This document shows, one piece after another, positions 10,239 through 20,572 of a stretch of DNA of 64,000 nt (the first letter of the stretch is position 1; each line of letters opens with the position of its first letter). The notes below the pieces were generated by a model. The model had not been told where the DNA came from and made no database searches. It worked only from the letters and a program-made list of their open reading frames with translations. This DNA comes from an uncultured Gammaproteobacteria bacterium (GTDB taxonomy: Bacteria; Pseudomonadota; Gammaproteobacteria; Pseudomonadales; UBA5518). The stretch spans positions 172,447 through 236,446 of the forward strand of contig CAWFXU010000013.1 in assembly GCA_963819895.1 (NCBI GenBank). The letters run 5' to 3'. The position numbers and the translations under genes were made by a program.

Positions 10239-11895
10239 CTAGACCGCCACGGCTGGTGCGAGCAGGGCGTCGAGCTTCGCGCGCTGCGCCGCCAGCGCCG
10301 CCGAGGCCGCGATCCCGCGCTGCTCCGTCAGCACCTCGCGCAGCACCTGCCGATCGGTGAGCGGGTTGGCGAGCACGACGCGGAACACGTCGATCGCCTC
10401 TCGCCGTAGCGCGCGAGCCCGAGCTGCGTGCGCGAGACGAAGGACTTGCCGGCGTCGCGCTGCAGGCGCTGGATGTCGCGCGTGATCCCGTTCAGCAGCC
10501 CGTTGATTCGCGCTGATCGTGCCCGCATCCGCGCCTGCGAGCGCCTGGCGCGCGGCGGCGGGAACGTAACGGTAGGTGAGGATGTTCAGCTCCGGCGCGC
10601 TGGTGAGCTCGAAGTCCGGCGTTGCCGGCGATTTCGTCGGCGAACCAGCGTGCCTTGTCGATGCCGCCGTCGATCAGCAGCTCGTAACCGCGTCGCCCGA
10701 GGATGCGCAGGCCCGAGTGCACCAGCATCGCCATGCCCGGGCGCGAGCCCTCCAGGGTCTTGCTGCCGAGGTCGCGCGAACCCTCGCGGATGATGTAGCG
10801 CGCGTGGTGCTCGATGGCGCGCACGGCGGCGGGGTCGCGGAACAGTGCCATGCCCGCGCCCATCGGCACGTAGAGCTGCTTGTGCGCATCCAGCGTGACG
10901 GAGTCCGCGAGCTCGATGCCGGCGAGCAGGTGGCGCCATCGCGCGGAGAACAGCGTCGGCCCGCCCCAGGCCGCGTCGACGTGAAAATGCGCGCCGTGCT
11001 CGCGCGCGATCGCGGCCATCGACGGCGAGCGGATCGATATTGCCGGTTTCGGTGGTGCCGCCGATGCCGACCAGCGCGATGATCTTCACGCCGCCTGCGC
11101 GCAGCTGGCGGCAGCGCGCCTCGAGCGCGCGCAGATCGATGCGGTTGTGCGCATCGACCTCGATCGCGTGCACCGATTTGCGCCCGATGCCGAGCACGTC
11201 GGCCGCCTTGTTCAGCGAGTAGTGGCCGAGACGCGACACCAGGATCGCGGCATCGTCGTAGCCGTGATGACGCAGCGCGCGGTGCATGCCCTCGTGACCC
11301 ACGCCCGCGAAGTCGCTCGTCCGCGGGAAAGGCATTGTTGCGCGCCACCCACAGCGCGGTGAGATTGGCGATGGTGCCGCCGGAGCAGAAGGCGCCGAGC
11401 GCATGGCGGCTGTCCTGCAGGAACTGCGCGTAGAAGGACTCCTCGCGTGCGTAGACCAGGTGGTGCAGCATGCCGAGCACCTGGCGCTCCAGCGGGGTGA
11501 AGGCCTTGGACGTCTCGGTCTTCACGACGTTCTGGTTCAGCGCGATCATGATCTGCGCCAGCGGCAGCATGAAGTAGGGCAGCGCGGAGGTCATGTGACC
11601 GACGAAGGTGGGCGATGCCGTGCGCACCGACTCGGCGACCACCTTCTCGAGCAGGAAGTCCGCCTGCTCGGAGACGAACATCGGCTGTTCGGGAATCCGT
11701 GCGTCGCGAAAATCCGCTTCGATGTCCGACAGGCTGCGCTGCGTGGCGACGATGCGCTCGTTCAGGAAGCCATGCAGGTTGCGCGAGATCTCGGCCTCGA
11801 GGCGCGCGAGCGTGGAGTCCGGCGCCTCGGGGACGGTGAAGATCCGCCGCAGGTGATCGAGGCTTGCCCCGGCTTTCTTCTGCGAATTGCTCATG
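10239..11895 (-). pseudogene. group II pyridoxal-phosphate-dependent amino-acid decarboxylase (Glu/DABA/Asp decarboxylase-like); about 5 frameshifts
   Basis: Fragments lie in three frames. They read MSNSQKK...TFVGHMTSALPYFMLPLAQIM...FCSGGTIANLTALWVARN; then HYSLNKAADVLGIG...VKIIALVGIGGTTETGNIDPL; then HFHVDAAWGGP...VTLDAHKQLYVPMGAGMALFRD (PLP Lys); then the C-terminal VFRVVLANPLTD...LLAPAVAV. Frame changes lie near 11330, 11030, 10600, 10510 and 10400. Confidence 0.8.
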
Positions 11896-12048
11896 GTGTC
11901 GCCGCTCGGTGTGGGTTCCGGGGTCGGCATGGCGCAGGGTCGCCGCGGCGGACCCGGGCACCGGCTGCACGCCCTGAAAACGGTGCGCGATTGTAGCCTG
12001 TGAGCGGATGGCTGCACGGCGGGACCCGCTATCGAGCGGGCGTGGCCG

Positions 12049-13558
12049 TCAGCCTGTGTCGCGCTGTGCCAGCGTATCGGCCACGTGATGCGCCCACGCG
12101 GCGATGGGCAGCGCCGGCGGGCCACCCGGGGCGGCCGGCAGGGCAGCACCGTCGGCGATGAAGAGGCCGGGATTGCCGTAGACCTCGCCGCGGTGATCCA
12201 CCACGCCCTCGGCGACGCTCGCGCCCAGGCAGGCACCGCCCCATGGATGCACGGTCAGGGGCTTGGCGAGCACGCGCACGCGGTCCCCGCTCTCGCGTTC
12301 CAGCGCGCGGAAGGCGGAGCGTATTTCCTGCATCACCGGCTCCTGCGTCTGGTCGTACCGCAGCTGCAGGCGATCGCCGTCGTAGCGCACCGACGCGTTG
12401 CCGCTGTCGGCGCCGAAGCCGTAGAGCATCCAGGTCCGCGCGAGCCGGCGTTTCAGCCAGCGCGGCAGCGGCAGGGTGTCGAATCCGCCCAGGCTGCCCA
12501 TGCCCAGCGTGGCGCTGTCGTGCCCCTCCACCGTGAAGGCGCCCATGGCTGCCGGCGCGTGGAAGCTCGAATGCAGCGAGTCCGGCCGGGACCAGAAACC
12601 CATCAGGTCAGAATTGGCGCCGAAGCGGCTGCCGAGCGATGGCATCGGTGCGAGGCCGGCCGGGCCGCTGGCGCTGGCGAACAGCAGGCGCAGGGTGTTC
12701 ATGGTGCCGGCAGCCAGCACGACCCGGCGCGCGCACACCGTCTCCCCGGTTTTCGCCGCGAGGTTCCTGAAGCGCAGCTCGTAGCCCTCGTCCACGGCGG
12801 CTTCGCGGCGCACGATCCGCGTCACCTCGCAGAACGTGCGGACCGTGACGCCCTTGCCGCTCACGGGGGCGAGGTAGACGAAGTCGGCCGAGGCCTTGGC
12901 GCCGCCGCGTGAACCGAGGAAGCCGTCGCCGTCGAAGCGGCTGCGCTCGCGCCTGAGGCCCCCGGGATACTCGACGACCCGCCCCGCCTCGTCCGCGGCA
13001 CCCGGAAACAGGTGCGCCATGCGCGGCTGCCGGTCCGCGGCGCGACAGGTACTCCCGGGCGATTGCGGGAAAATGGGACCAGACCGACTGCGGCAAGGAC
13101 AGCCCGCGATGGAAATCCGACGCGCCCATGTCGGCCATGACCTTGTCGTAATACGCCTCGACGGCAGCGGGATCGAGCGCGGGATGACGCCGGTGCCAGT
13201 ACGCCGGATCGGGCGGTGGCGCCAGCAGGCCTCCCCAGGCGATGCTGCCACCACCCACACCCGAGGCTGCCAGCACGTCGAGTCCGGGGGTGGAAAAGAA
13301 CTCGAACAGGCCAGCCCTGTTCAGCGTCAGGTCCAGCGGCCCGAGATGCACGGAGCGCAGCAGATGCGTCATCGCCCGCCAGCCGCAGGGCAGCGGCTCA
13401 CGCGCCTCGATGCCCAGGGACCGGATCGGCAGCGTATCGCGCCACGGACCGCGCTCGAGCAGCAGTACCTCCATGCCCGTCGCGGCCAGCCGGTTCGCGG
13501 CGATGCTGCCGCCGAAGCCGCTGCCGATGACGACGACGTCGACGGTTCGAGTGCTCAC
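12049..13558 (-). pseudogene. GMC/cholesterol-oxidase-like FAD oxidoreductase; one frameshift near 13045
   Basis: GTG 13558 overlaps the upstream TGA (GTGA). The N-terminal VDVVVIGSGFGGSIAANRLA is a FAD GxGxxG block. After the frame change come RVVLAAGTMNTLRLL, HPWGGACLG and GNPGLFIADGAALP. Confidence 0.75.
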
Positions 13559-14007
13559 GGTCGTTGCCCCGTCATGACGACGCGACGCGGATGCCAGATC
13601 CACAGGACCACGCAGATCGCGAAGCAGGCCGGTATGTCGGCCCACAGGTGGGCGTGCTCGTTGGGGTAGTGAAATGCCTGCGGCACCATCACCAGGCCGT
13701 GCAGCAGGTTCGCCAGGATGCCGTAATCGAACAGCGCCGCATTGGCCAGCGGATCACGCGCACCGCGGATCATCAGGATGCCGTAGGCGAGGTACATGGC
13801 ACCGAGCATGAACAGGTAGGGGTGCAGCCCATCGAGGTGGGATGCCGGATGCGCCGGACCGATGTTCGGGAACGCAGCGGGTGCCACGCCCCACAGAAAA
13901 CCCGGCGGATAGAGGAACAACAGCAGCACCAGGCCGAGCGAGAGGCCCCAGCCGACCACGCGCATGACCAGGGCCGAGCGGCGCAGGCCGTCTTGCGTCT
14001 TGTTCAT
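13555..14007 (-). CDS. small polytopic membrane protein of unknown function (about 150 aa)
   Basis: The ATG 14007 ORF reads MNKTQDGLRRSALVMRVVGWGLSLGLVLLLFLY... and has four hydrophobic stretches. Its stop is translationally coupled to the GMC oxidoreductase start. I recognise no family. Confidence 0.5.
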   Translation of the reverse strand: MNKTQDGLRRSALVMRVVGWGLSLGLVLLLFLYPPGFLWGVAPAAFPNIGPAHPASHLDGLHPYLFMLGAMYLAYGILMIRGARDPLANAALFDYGILANLLHGLVMVPQAFHYPNEHAHLWADIPACFAICVVLWIWHPRRVVMTGQRP

Positions 14008-14183
14008 TGTTTCGACTCTCCGCTTGCAGGGGTTGGCTACCGGGAGTCGTGCGTCGCTGCACCATGACTCCCGCATGCACTGTATAACCGCGGCGGCGCT
14101 GCGCCTGCCCCCCCGTCCCGGGTGGTTCAGGGGCGGCGCTTTGCCGGAAAATGGCAACACGACCGATACCCGGGGCTGGCCTC

Positions 14184-15766
14184 ATGCTAATGAACTTTTC
14201 GACCATCAGCGAAAACCTGGCGCGCACCTTCGGACCGCTGGAGGCCATATTCAACGTCGAGCGCCAGCGCCGCTACACCTTCGCCGAGTACCACCTGCTG
14301 ACCAACCGCATCGTCAACATGATGCGCGATCGGCTCGGCTTGCGCGCCGGGGACACCTGGCTGGCGATCCTGAACAACGACAACGTGTCGATCCTGAGCT
14401 TCTTCACGGCGCTGAAGGGCGAGGCCTGCGCCTGCTACACCAACGCCACCGACAGCCTCGCGGACCAGGCGCGGCAGATCGACCTGGTCAAGCCCAGGGT
14501 GGTGTTCATCGAGCGGGAACTGCTGGACACGCATCACGCCCTGCTGGCCGAACGTGGACTGACCGTGGTCAGCATGGACCCGCCGCCTGCCACGCTGCCG
14601 GGCGTGCTGCATTTCTGGGACCTGATGGAGGGCGTGAGCGAGGAAAGCCCGGACATCGTGCGCGACGACCGTGAGGACTGCGCGGTGCTGCGCTTCACCG
14701 GTGGTACGACCGGGGCATCCAAGGCCGTGATGTATTGCATGGACAACTGGCTCGCGTGCAAGGACCTGCACTATGCCACGGACGACCGCGCACTGTTCCC
14801 GGGCTTCCGCATGCTGCACTTCGGTGCGCTCAGCCATGCCAGCGGCATCGTGTTCTTTCCGGTGCTCTTCAAGGGCGGCTGCACGATCACGATGAACGAT
14901 CGCAGCCTGCAGACCTGGTGCCGCACAGTCGAACGGGAGAGGGTGAATGGCACCCTGATGGTGCCCTCGATGCTCTATCGCCTGCTGGAGTCCGAAGAGG
15001 CGCGCCGCAGCGATCTGTCCTCGCTCGCGGTGGTGTACTACGGCGCCTCGCCGATGAGCCCGACCAGGCTGATGCAGCTGCGCGAGCGATTTGGCGACAT
15101 ATTCATGCAGCTGTACGGTTCATCGGAGCATCCGGCGGTGGCCACGACACTGTCCGTGGCCGACCACGCGCCGGCGCCCGACGGTTCCGAGCAGCACCTG
15201 CTGTCGGCGGGCAAGGTGGTTCCCGGCACGGAGCTGCAGATCCGCGATGCCGGGGGCAGGCCGGTGCAGACCGGCTGCGAGGGCGAGATCTGGCTGAAAT
15301 CGCGCGCCACCGCGATGGGTTACCTGCACAACCCGGCCAAGACGGCCGAGGAGTTCCGTGACGGGTTCTGGAAGTCCGGCGATGTCGGACGCATCGACGA
15401 ACGCGGCTACGTCCATGTCATCGATCGCATCAAGGACACCATCGTCTGCGGCGGCGTCAACGTCTACCCGACGCAGGTCGAGGCGGTGATCAGCGCGCAT
15501 CCGCGGTGTCGATGTGCGCCGTGGTCGGGGTCGCCGACGCGGTGCTCGGCGAAGCCGTGCACGCCGCCGTGCTTCCGCTTCCGGGCCAATCGCTGGACGC
15601 GACGCAACTGCGCGCCTTCCTCGAGCCGCGCCTGCAGCCGGCGCAGCTGCCGCGGAGCATCGACATCGTGACCGAGCTGCCGCTGAGCCCGGTCGGCAAG
15701 GTGCTGCGCCGCGTGGTGCGCGAATCGCGGCGCGACGCCGCGACAGCCGCAGCGGCATCGTCGTGA
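14184..15766 (+). pseudogene. AMP-dependent synthetase/acyl-CoA ligase; one frameshift near 15505
   Basis: The adenylation motifs LRFTGGTTGASKAV, YGSSE and SGDVGRIDERGYVHVIDRIKD are present. After the frame change the C-terminal domain reads AVVGVADAVLGEAVHAAV...LPLSPVGKVLRR. Confidence 0.85.
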
Positions 15767-15800
15767 CGTCGCGGCGCCTCGCTCTGCGGGAGGCACGCTG

Positions 15801-16643
15801 ATGCAGGAGTTCCTTGCGACAACGCTTCCCCTCGTCGCCCTCGCGTTCCTCGCCTCGGCCATGTTCAGCGTCGGCCTGGACCTGACGGTCCGGCAGATCT
15901 TCGACCCGCTGCGCGACCGCAGGCTGCTCGTTGCCGCTCTCGCCGCGAACGTGCTGGTCGTGCCGCTGATAGCGGTCGTCGTTACGCGCCTGGTCCCCAT
16001 GGACCCGGCGCTGGCGATCGGTGTCGTGATCTACGCCCTGGCCGCGGGCACGGAGGGTGGCCCGAAGTTCGTGCAGCTCGCCAGGGGCAACGCCGGGTTC
16101 GCGGTGGGACTGCTCGCGGTGCTGCTGGCAATCACGGTCACCTTCATGCCGCTGGTGCTGGCGTTTTTCGTGGGGGATGCGCACATCGATCGCGGCAGCC
16201 TGCTCGGAAAGCTCGTCGTGGCGGTCGCCGTGCCGATGGGTGCGGGCCTCGTGCTGCGGATGACGCGCGCCGCGCTGGCCGATCGGCTGAGCGCCTTCAT
16301 GCATCGTGCGTCCATCGTGCTGCTGATCGTGTTCTTCCTGCAGGTGATCGTCGTGAACCGCGAGGCCATGCTGGCACTCCAGGCCGGTGCAATGCTGGCC
16401 GTGGTGCTGTTCTTCGCGCTCGGTTTCGCCGCGGCCTATTTCATGGGGGGGCGCCAGCGCGCGGACCGCCGCGCGCTCGCCATCATGACGGCCGTGCGCA
16501 ACGCGCCGATTTCCATGACCACCGCGAGCCAGGTGTTTGCGCACGAGCCGGGGGTGCTGGTCATGGTCACCGTGATGGCGGCCGTGTCCGTGGTGGTCGG
16601 CGTGCTCGCGGTGCTGGGGTTCAACCGCCTGTCGTCGCGCTGA
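15801..16643 (+). CDS. bile acid:sodium symporter (BASS) family transporter
   Basis: Intact 280-aa hydrophobic ORF. MFSVGLDLTVRQI...ALAAGTEGGPKF...AIMTAVRNAPISM resembles the SBF/BASS repeat architecture. Confidence 0.75.
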   Translation: MQEFLATTLPLVALAFLASAMFSVGLDLTVRQIFDPLRDRRLLVAALAANVLVVPLIAVVVTRLVPMDPALAIGVVIYALAAGTEGGPKFVQLARGNAGFAVGLLAVLLAITVTFMPLVLAFFVGDAHIDRGSLLGKLVVAVAVPMGAGLVLRMTRAALADRLSAFMHRASIVLLIVFFLQVIVVNREAMLALQAGAMLAVVLFFALGFAAAYFMGGRQRADRRALAIMTAVRNAPISMTTASQVFAHEPGVLVMVTVMAAVSVVVGVLAVLGFNRLSSR

Positions 16644-16860
16644 GCGGCGGCAGAGGGTGTCGCAAAAGTTTGGTGACGAGCGACACGACGCGGAGCGCGC
16701 CATGCGCGCGATATGCGCGGCCCATGGGCCGCGCCTACGTTCTGATCGACGCGATGGCGCGCTCCTACCAAGCGTTGTGCGACCTCTCGGTAGCCAGTCA
16801 CCCGCGTTTGTTCCACGAGTATCGAGCCGGTACTCGCGCAAAGCGGGTTTCCCTGTCGAC

Positions 16861-16888
16861 AAAAAAGCCCTGGCCTTGCGGCCAGGGC
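16861..16888 (-). terminator. rho-independent terminator of TonB-dependent receptor 1
   Basis: On the minus strand, GCCCTGGCC-GCAA-GGCCAGGGC is followed by TTTTTT, 29 nt after the receptor stop. Confidence 0.75.
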
Positions 16889-16916
16889 TTTGTCAGTGGC
16901 GCCCGGAGTTCCGGGA

Positions 16917-19334
16917 TCAGTACTCGACGCGGAAGGTCACGCCGTAGGAACGCGGTGCCTGCAGGAGGCTCTGGTAGCTGCCGTCGGTCGCAGCCGCGTA
17001 GAGCGTGACCACGGGCTCGCAGGTTCACCACGGTCTCGTCGGTGGCGTTGTCCACCCACAACACCAGCTCGTAGGCGTCCCAGCGCGTGCCGGCGCGCAG
17101 GTTCAGCCAGCTGTAGGCGTCCTGCACCAGGCGCGGATCCGCCGAGAAGCTGGTGTTGTACTCGTCGGTCCACGACCAGTCGGCGCGCGCGTAGACATCG
17201 CCCCAGCTCACCGGCGTTTCGTACTGCAGCCCGAGGTGCGTCTTCCACTCCGGCGCGTTCACCGGGTGCTCGCCGCTCAGATCGCAGGCGCCCGGCGAGG
17301 TCGGGCTGTCGGGCGCGCGGCCCGGGTAGCACTGGCCGCGCGTGTTCTCGTCGTAGGTGAAATCGGCGTACGAGATCGAGAAGTCCGTCGTGAGCGTGTC
17401 GGTCAGCAGCAGCGTGCCCTCGAGTTCCGCGCCCTTCAGCTCGGCCTTCTCGGCGTTGCCCACCGTGAACTGCGCGCCCACGAAGGCGGCGTCCTGGTAC
17501 TCGTCGTACTCGGTGTAGAAGGTGCTGGCGGCGAGGCGCATGCGGCCCTCGAGCGTCTCGAGCTTCATGCCCGCCTCGTAGTGCATGATGTCCTCGTCCG
17601 CGAACTCGCGGCCCGCGATCGGCAGGCGCCCGAAGCCGGTGTTGAAGCCGCCCGACTTGAAGCCGTGCGCCGCCGTGACGAAGAGCATCGCGTCCTCGGT
17701 GATGTTCCACTGCGGCGTCACCGACCAGGTCACCTCGTCGGTGTCGCGCTCGAGGCCCTGCGCGCTCACCGCCGCCGGCGCCAGCACCAGCGAGACGATG
17801 CTGGGCGCGGGGTTGTTCACCCACTGGCGGATGTCGGCTTCCTTGTCCTCCTGCTGCCAGCGCAGCCCGCCGGTCACCGCGAAGGCGTCGGTGATGTTCC
17901 AGGTCGCCTGGCCGTAGACGCCGATGTAGTCGGTGTCGAGCGAGGAATCGAGGTAGCCGATCTGCCCCGGTGCCACGACCGGCAGCGGGAAGGGCGTGCG
18001 GAGCAGGTGCTGGTTGATCGCCGCCACCGCGGGATGCGCGCTGTAGCGTGTCGCCGAGCCACGATGGCGCGGTCGCCGCCGTCGCCGCGCTCGAACTCGT
18101 TGGTGTACTAGAACACGACCCGTCAGCCAGTCCACGGTCTCGCCGCCCGCGGAGTTCAGGCGCAGTTCCTGCTGCCAGGATTCGCTCTCCTGCGTGTCGT
18201 GGAACTTCAGCAGCGGCGCCATCATCTGCGCCACGTCGTCCGTCGTGCCCTCGAAGCGGAAGTGGTCCCACGAGGTGATCGAGTTCACCGTCCAGCCGTT
18301 CGCCAGCGAGTAGCGCCGAGCAGCGTGACTTCGTTGCCGTCGAAGTCGGTGGTGAGCGCCTGGTTCACGCAGGTTTCGCGGTCGTGCGGATCGTTGCTCG
18401 TGCAGGTGTCGCTGATGCCGGCGCGCTGCCACAGCGGCAGCACGACGCGCGCGAGCGGGCCGTTCGGGTCGTAGGTGATGTCGGAGCGTCTGCTGCTTGT
18501 CGTCTTCCTGCACCGTGCCGGCGATCAGGCGCAGGTTCAGCGCGTCCGTGGCATCCCAGCGCGAGCTGGCCGCGCACGGAGTAGCGGTCGAGGTCGTTGG
18601 CGTCGTCGCCGCTGTTGGCGAGCGCCTCGCCCATCGTCTCGTCGTGCGTCCGCGTAGGAGGCCGAGAGGCTGCCGCGCACGGTGTCGCGAGAGCGGACCG
18701 CTCACGCCGCCCTTGAAGTTGCGTCGAGAAGCGCATCGCCGGCGCCGCCCTCGATATTGCCGAGGCTCAGTTCCGCGCCGCCGGTGAGCTCGTCGGACGG
18801 CGCGCGCGTGTAGATGCCGATCACGCCGGCCGTGGTGTTCTTGCCGTAGAGGGTGCTCTGCGGGCCGCGCAGGATCTCGATGCGCTCGATGTCGAAGAGC
18901 TCGCTGGCGCCGAAGACCGCGCGCGAGCGGAAGGCGCCGTCGATGAACAGGCCGACGGCCGGTTCGAAGGTCGGGATGTTGCCGAGGTTGCCGACGCGGC
19001 GGATGCGGAAGTTGGTGAATACCGGCGTGACGCTGGACTGCACCTCCAGCACGGGCACCTGCCGCGAGATGTCGCTCATGTTCTGGATGCCGGCGTCCGC
19101 CAGCGCAGCGCCGCTCAGCGCGGAGACCGCGAGCGGTACGTCCTGCAGCGACTGTTCGCGCTTCTGCGCGGTGACGACCATTTCCTCGAGTTGCAGCTCC
19201 TCGGCCTGGACGACTGGCCCGCCGCAGGCGGCGATGGCGCCCACCAGCACGGCGAGCGCGCGCTGGCGGCCCTTGCCGCGAGTCGCGGCAGATTCGTGTT
19301 GCGCCTGGGCGCGGGATGCGATGCAAGACTGCAT
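16917..19334 (-). pseudogene. TonB-dependent outer-membrane receptor; at least 6 frameshifts
   Basis: The plug reads EEMVVTAQKREQSLQDVPLAVSAL...IERIEILRGPQSTLYGKNTTAGVIGIY (ORF 18702..19334). Barrel segments are spread over three frames (NSITSWDHFRFEG, YGQATWNITDAFAVTGGLRWQ, FKSGGFNTG...). The C-terminus YQSLLQAPRSYGVTFRVEY is reached only after a last shift near 17010. Confidence 0.85.
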
Positions 19335-19465
19335 GTCCTTCTCCTTATGGTCAGATCGGATCGTTCATGGCGATGGCGTGCACGTCGCTTTCATGTGCTG
19401 AATGCCGGGGCACGTCATCCGGAATACACCGACATGCAGCTTCGGCGGGGCCCGGCTGCAATCCG

Positions 19466-19483
19466 CCCCCCGCGCCGGGGGGG
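19466..19483. repeat. C/G-run palindrome CCCCCCGCGCCGGGGGGG (reverse complement of the copy at 24199)
   Basis: It is an exact 18-mer match, in inverted orientation, to 24199-24216. Both copies are intergenic. Confidence 0.6.
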
Positions 19484-19512
19484 CGTTGGTGCCGGCCGCT
19501 GTCGTCTCCGGC

Positions 19513-20553
19513 TCAGGGGCGATCCCACATCTGCACCGTGGAATCGGGCTTGTCCCACCAGGAGCGGGCGTTGCGCAGGATCCGCTCCATGACGCGGGGG
19601 CGCCGTCCCGACCAGTAGGGAGACTCCAGCCACAGCCGGCGCAGGTGGCGCCGCTCCCGCGGATCCTCGGCATCCCTGAAGGTGCTGCGACCGTGCATGT
19701 GGAAGTGATTGTTCAGAAACAGGATATCGCCGGGCTGCTGGTGCACGCGAAACACCATATCCGGATCCTGGCTGGCCGCCTGGAACGCCTCGAGCGCCGC
19801 GCGATCGAAATCCGAGAGCCGCGGAACGTCGGCGTGGCGCTGGGCGCTGAAGATGTAGCCGATCAGCGCAAGGCAGGCCACGCCGCCCGGGATGCGCTCA
19901 TAGACGCAGCCGCGGTGCCAGGGCAGTTCGCCCGGCGCTTCCTCGCCGCGCCAGTCGATGCACCACTGCGTATCCAGCAGGTGCTGCAAGACATCAGGGT
20001 GGGTGTCGGCCAGCCTGTTGAAGACGGACATGGCGCTCACGAAGCGGAACTCGCCGCCCTCGGGAGCCTGTTTCAGGCACAGCAAAGCGACCAGGTCCGC
20101 GCCGTCGGTGTGCATTTCCAGGGCGGCCGTGGTCTGGTAGCCGCGCGCCGTCGGGTCATCGACCGTCTTGCCCTCGTCGATCACGTCACCGAGCAGGTGC
20201 CCGCGCATGTTCTGCGCCCACGGCCGGCCGAAATGGCTTCCGAGCCCCCAGAAAATGGCACTGGCCTGATCCTTGGTGTACCGCGTGACCGGCAAGCCCG
20301 TGATGGACAGCACGCCGAGCCCGAGGTTGAGCTCTTCCCTGAACGGCGCCAGCCTGGCCTCGAGTCGCGGGATCGGGAACGCGTCGCTGCCGAAACGGGG
20401 CACGAGCAGCCCGCGTGTCTCGACCTGGTGAAGAGCCCGTTCCAGTTCGTCGACGTCCTCCTCGCTCAGCCGGCAGGTCCACACGGCGGATCGTGCGGAC
20501 AGGCTCGCCGCGGTCCACGCGGCCCGATGGTTCACCTTCTCGAGCATGCTCAT
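19513..20553 (-). CDS. TauD/TfdA-family Fe(II)/2-oxoglutarate dioxygenase
   Basis: Intact 346-aa ORF. The facial triad pattern is LEMHTDGADL (HxD) plus the distal NNHFHMHGRSTF. Confidence 0.75.
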   Translation of the reverse strand: MSMLEKVNHRAAWTAASLSARSAVWTCRLSEEDVDELERALHQVETRGLLVPRFGSDAFPIPRLEARLAPFREELNLGLGVLSITGLPVTRYTKDQASAIFWGLGSHFGRPWAQNMRGHLLGDVIDEGKTVDDPTARGYQTTAALEMHTDGADLVALLCLKQAPEGGEFRFVSAMSVFNRLADTHPDVLQHLLDTQWCIDWRGEEAPGELPWHRGCVYERIPGGVACLALIGYIFSAQRHADVPRLSDFDRAALEAFQAASQDPDMVFRVHQQPGDILFLNNHFHMHGRSTFRDAEDPRERRHLRRLWLESPYWSGRRPRVMERILRNARSWWDKPDSTVQMWDRP

Positions 20554-20572
20554 CGTTGCGGCTCCTCACTGT

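Noticed and set aside
15120-16862. Very long antisense or out-of-frame ORFs. Examples are 15120..16862 (580 aa), 44828..47071 (747 aa), 33773..35329 (518 aa), 4482..5942 (486 aa) and 1023..2414 (463 aa).
   Set aside because: They are Arg/Ala/Pro/Gly-rich low-complexity translations lying opposite well-supported genes. This is the usual shadow-ORF effect in GC-rich DNA. None has a family resemblance or a ribosome-binding site.
19335-19512. Possible cobalamin or other riboswitch in the leader of TonB-dependent receptor 1 (an AGCCGGAGAC string resembles part of a B12 box).
   Set aside because: The string sits at the far 5' end, overlapping the upstream gene stop. I could not find the rest of the conserved core (for example GCCACTG and the GGGAA-type junctions). 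An Infernal/Rfam scan would settle it.
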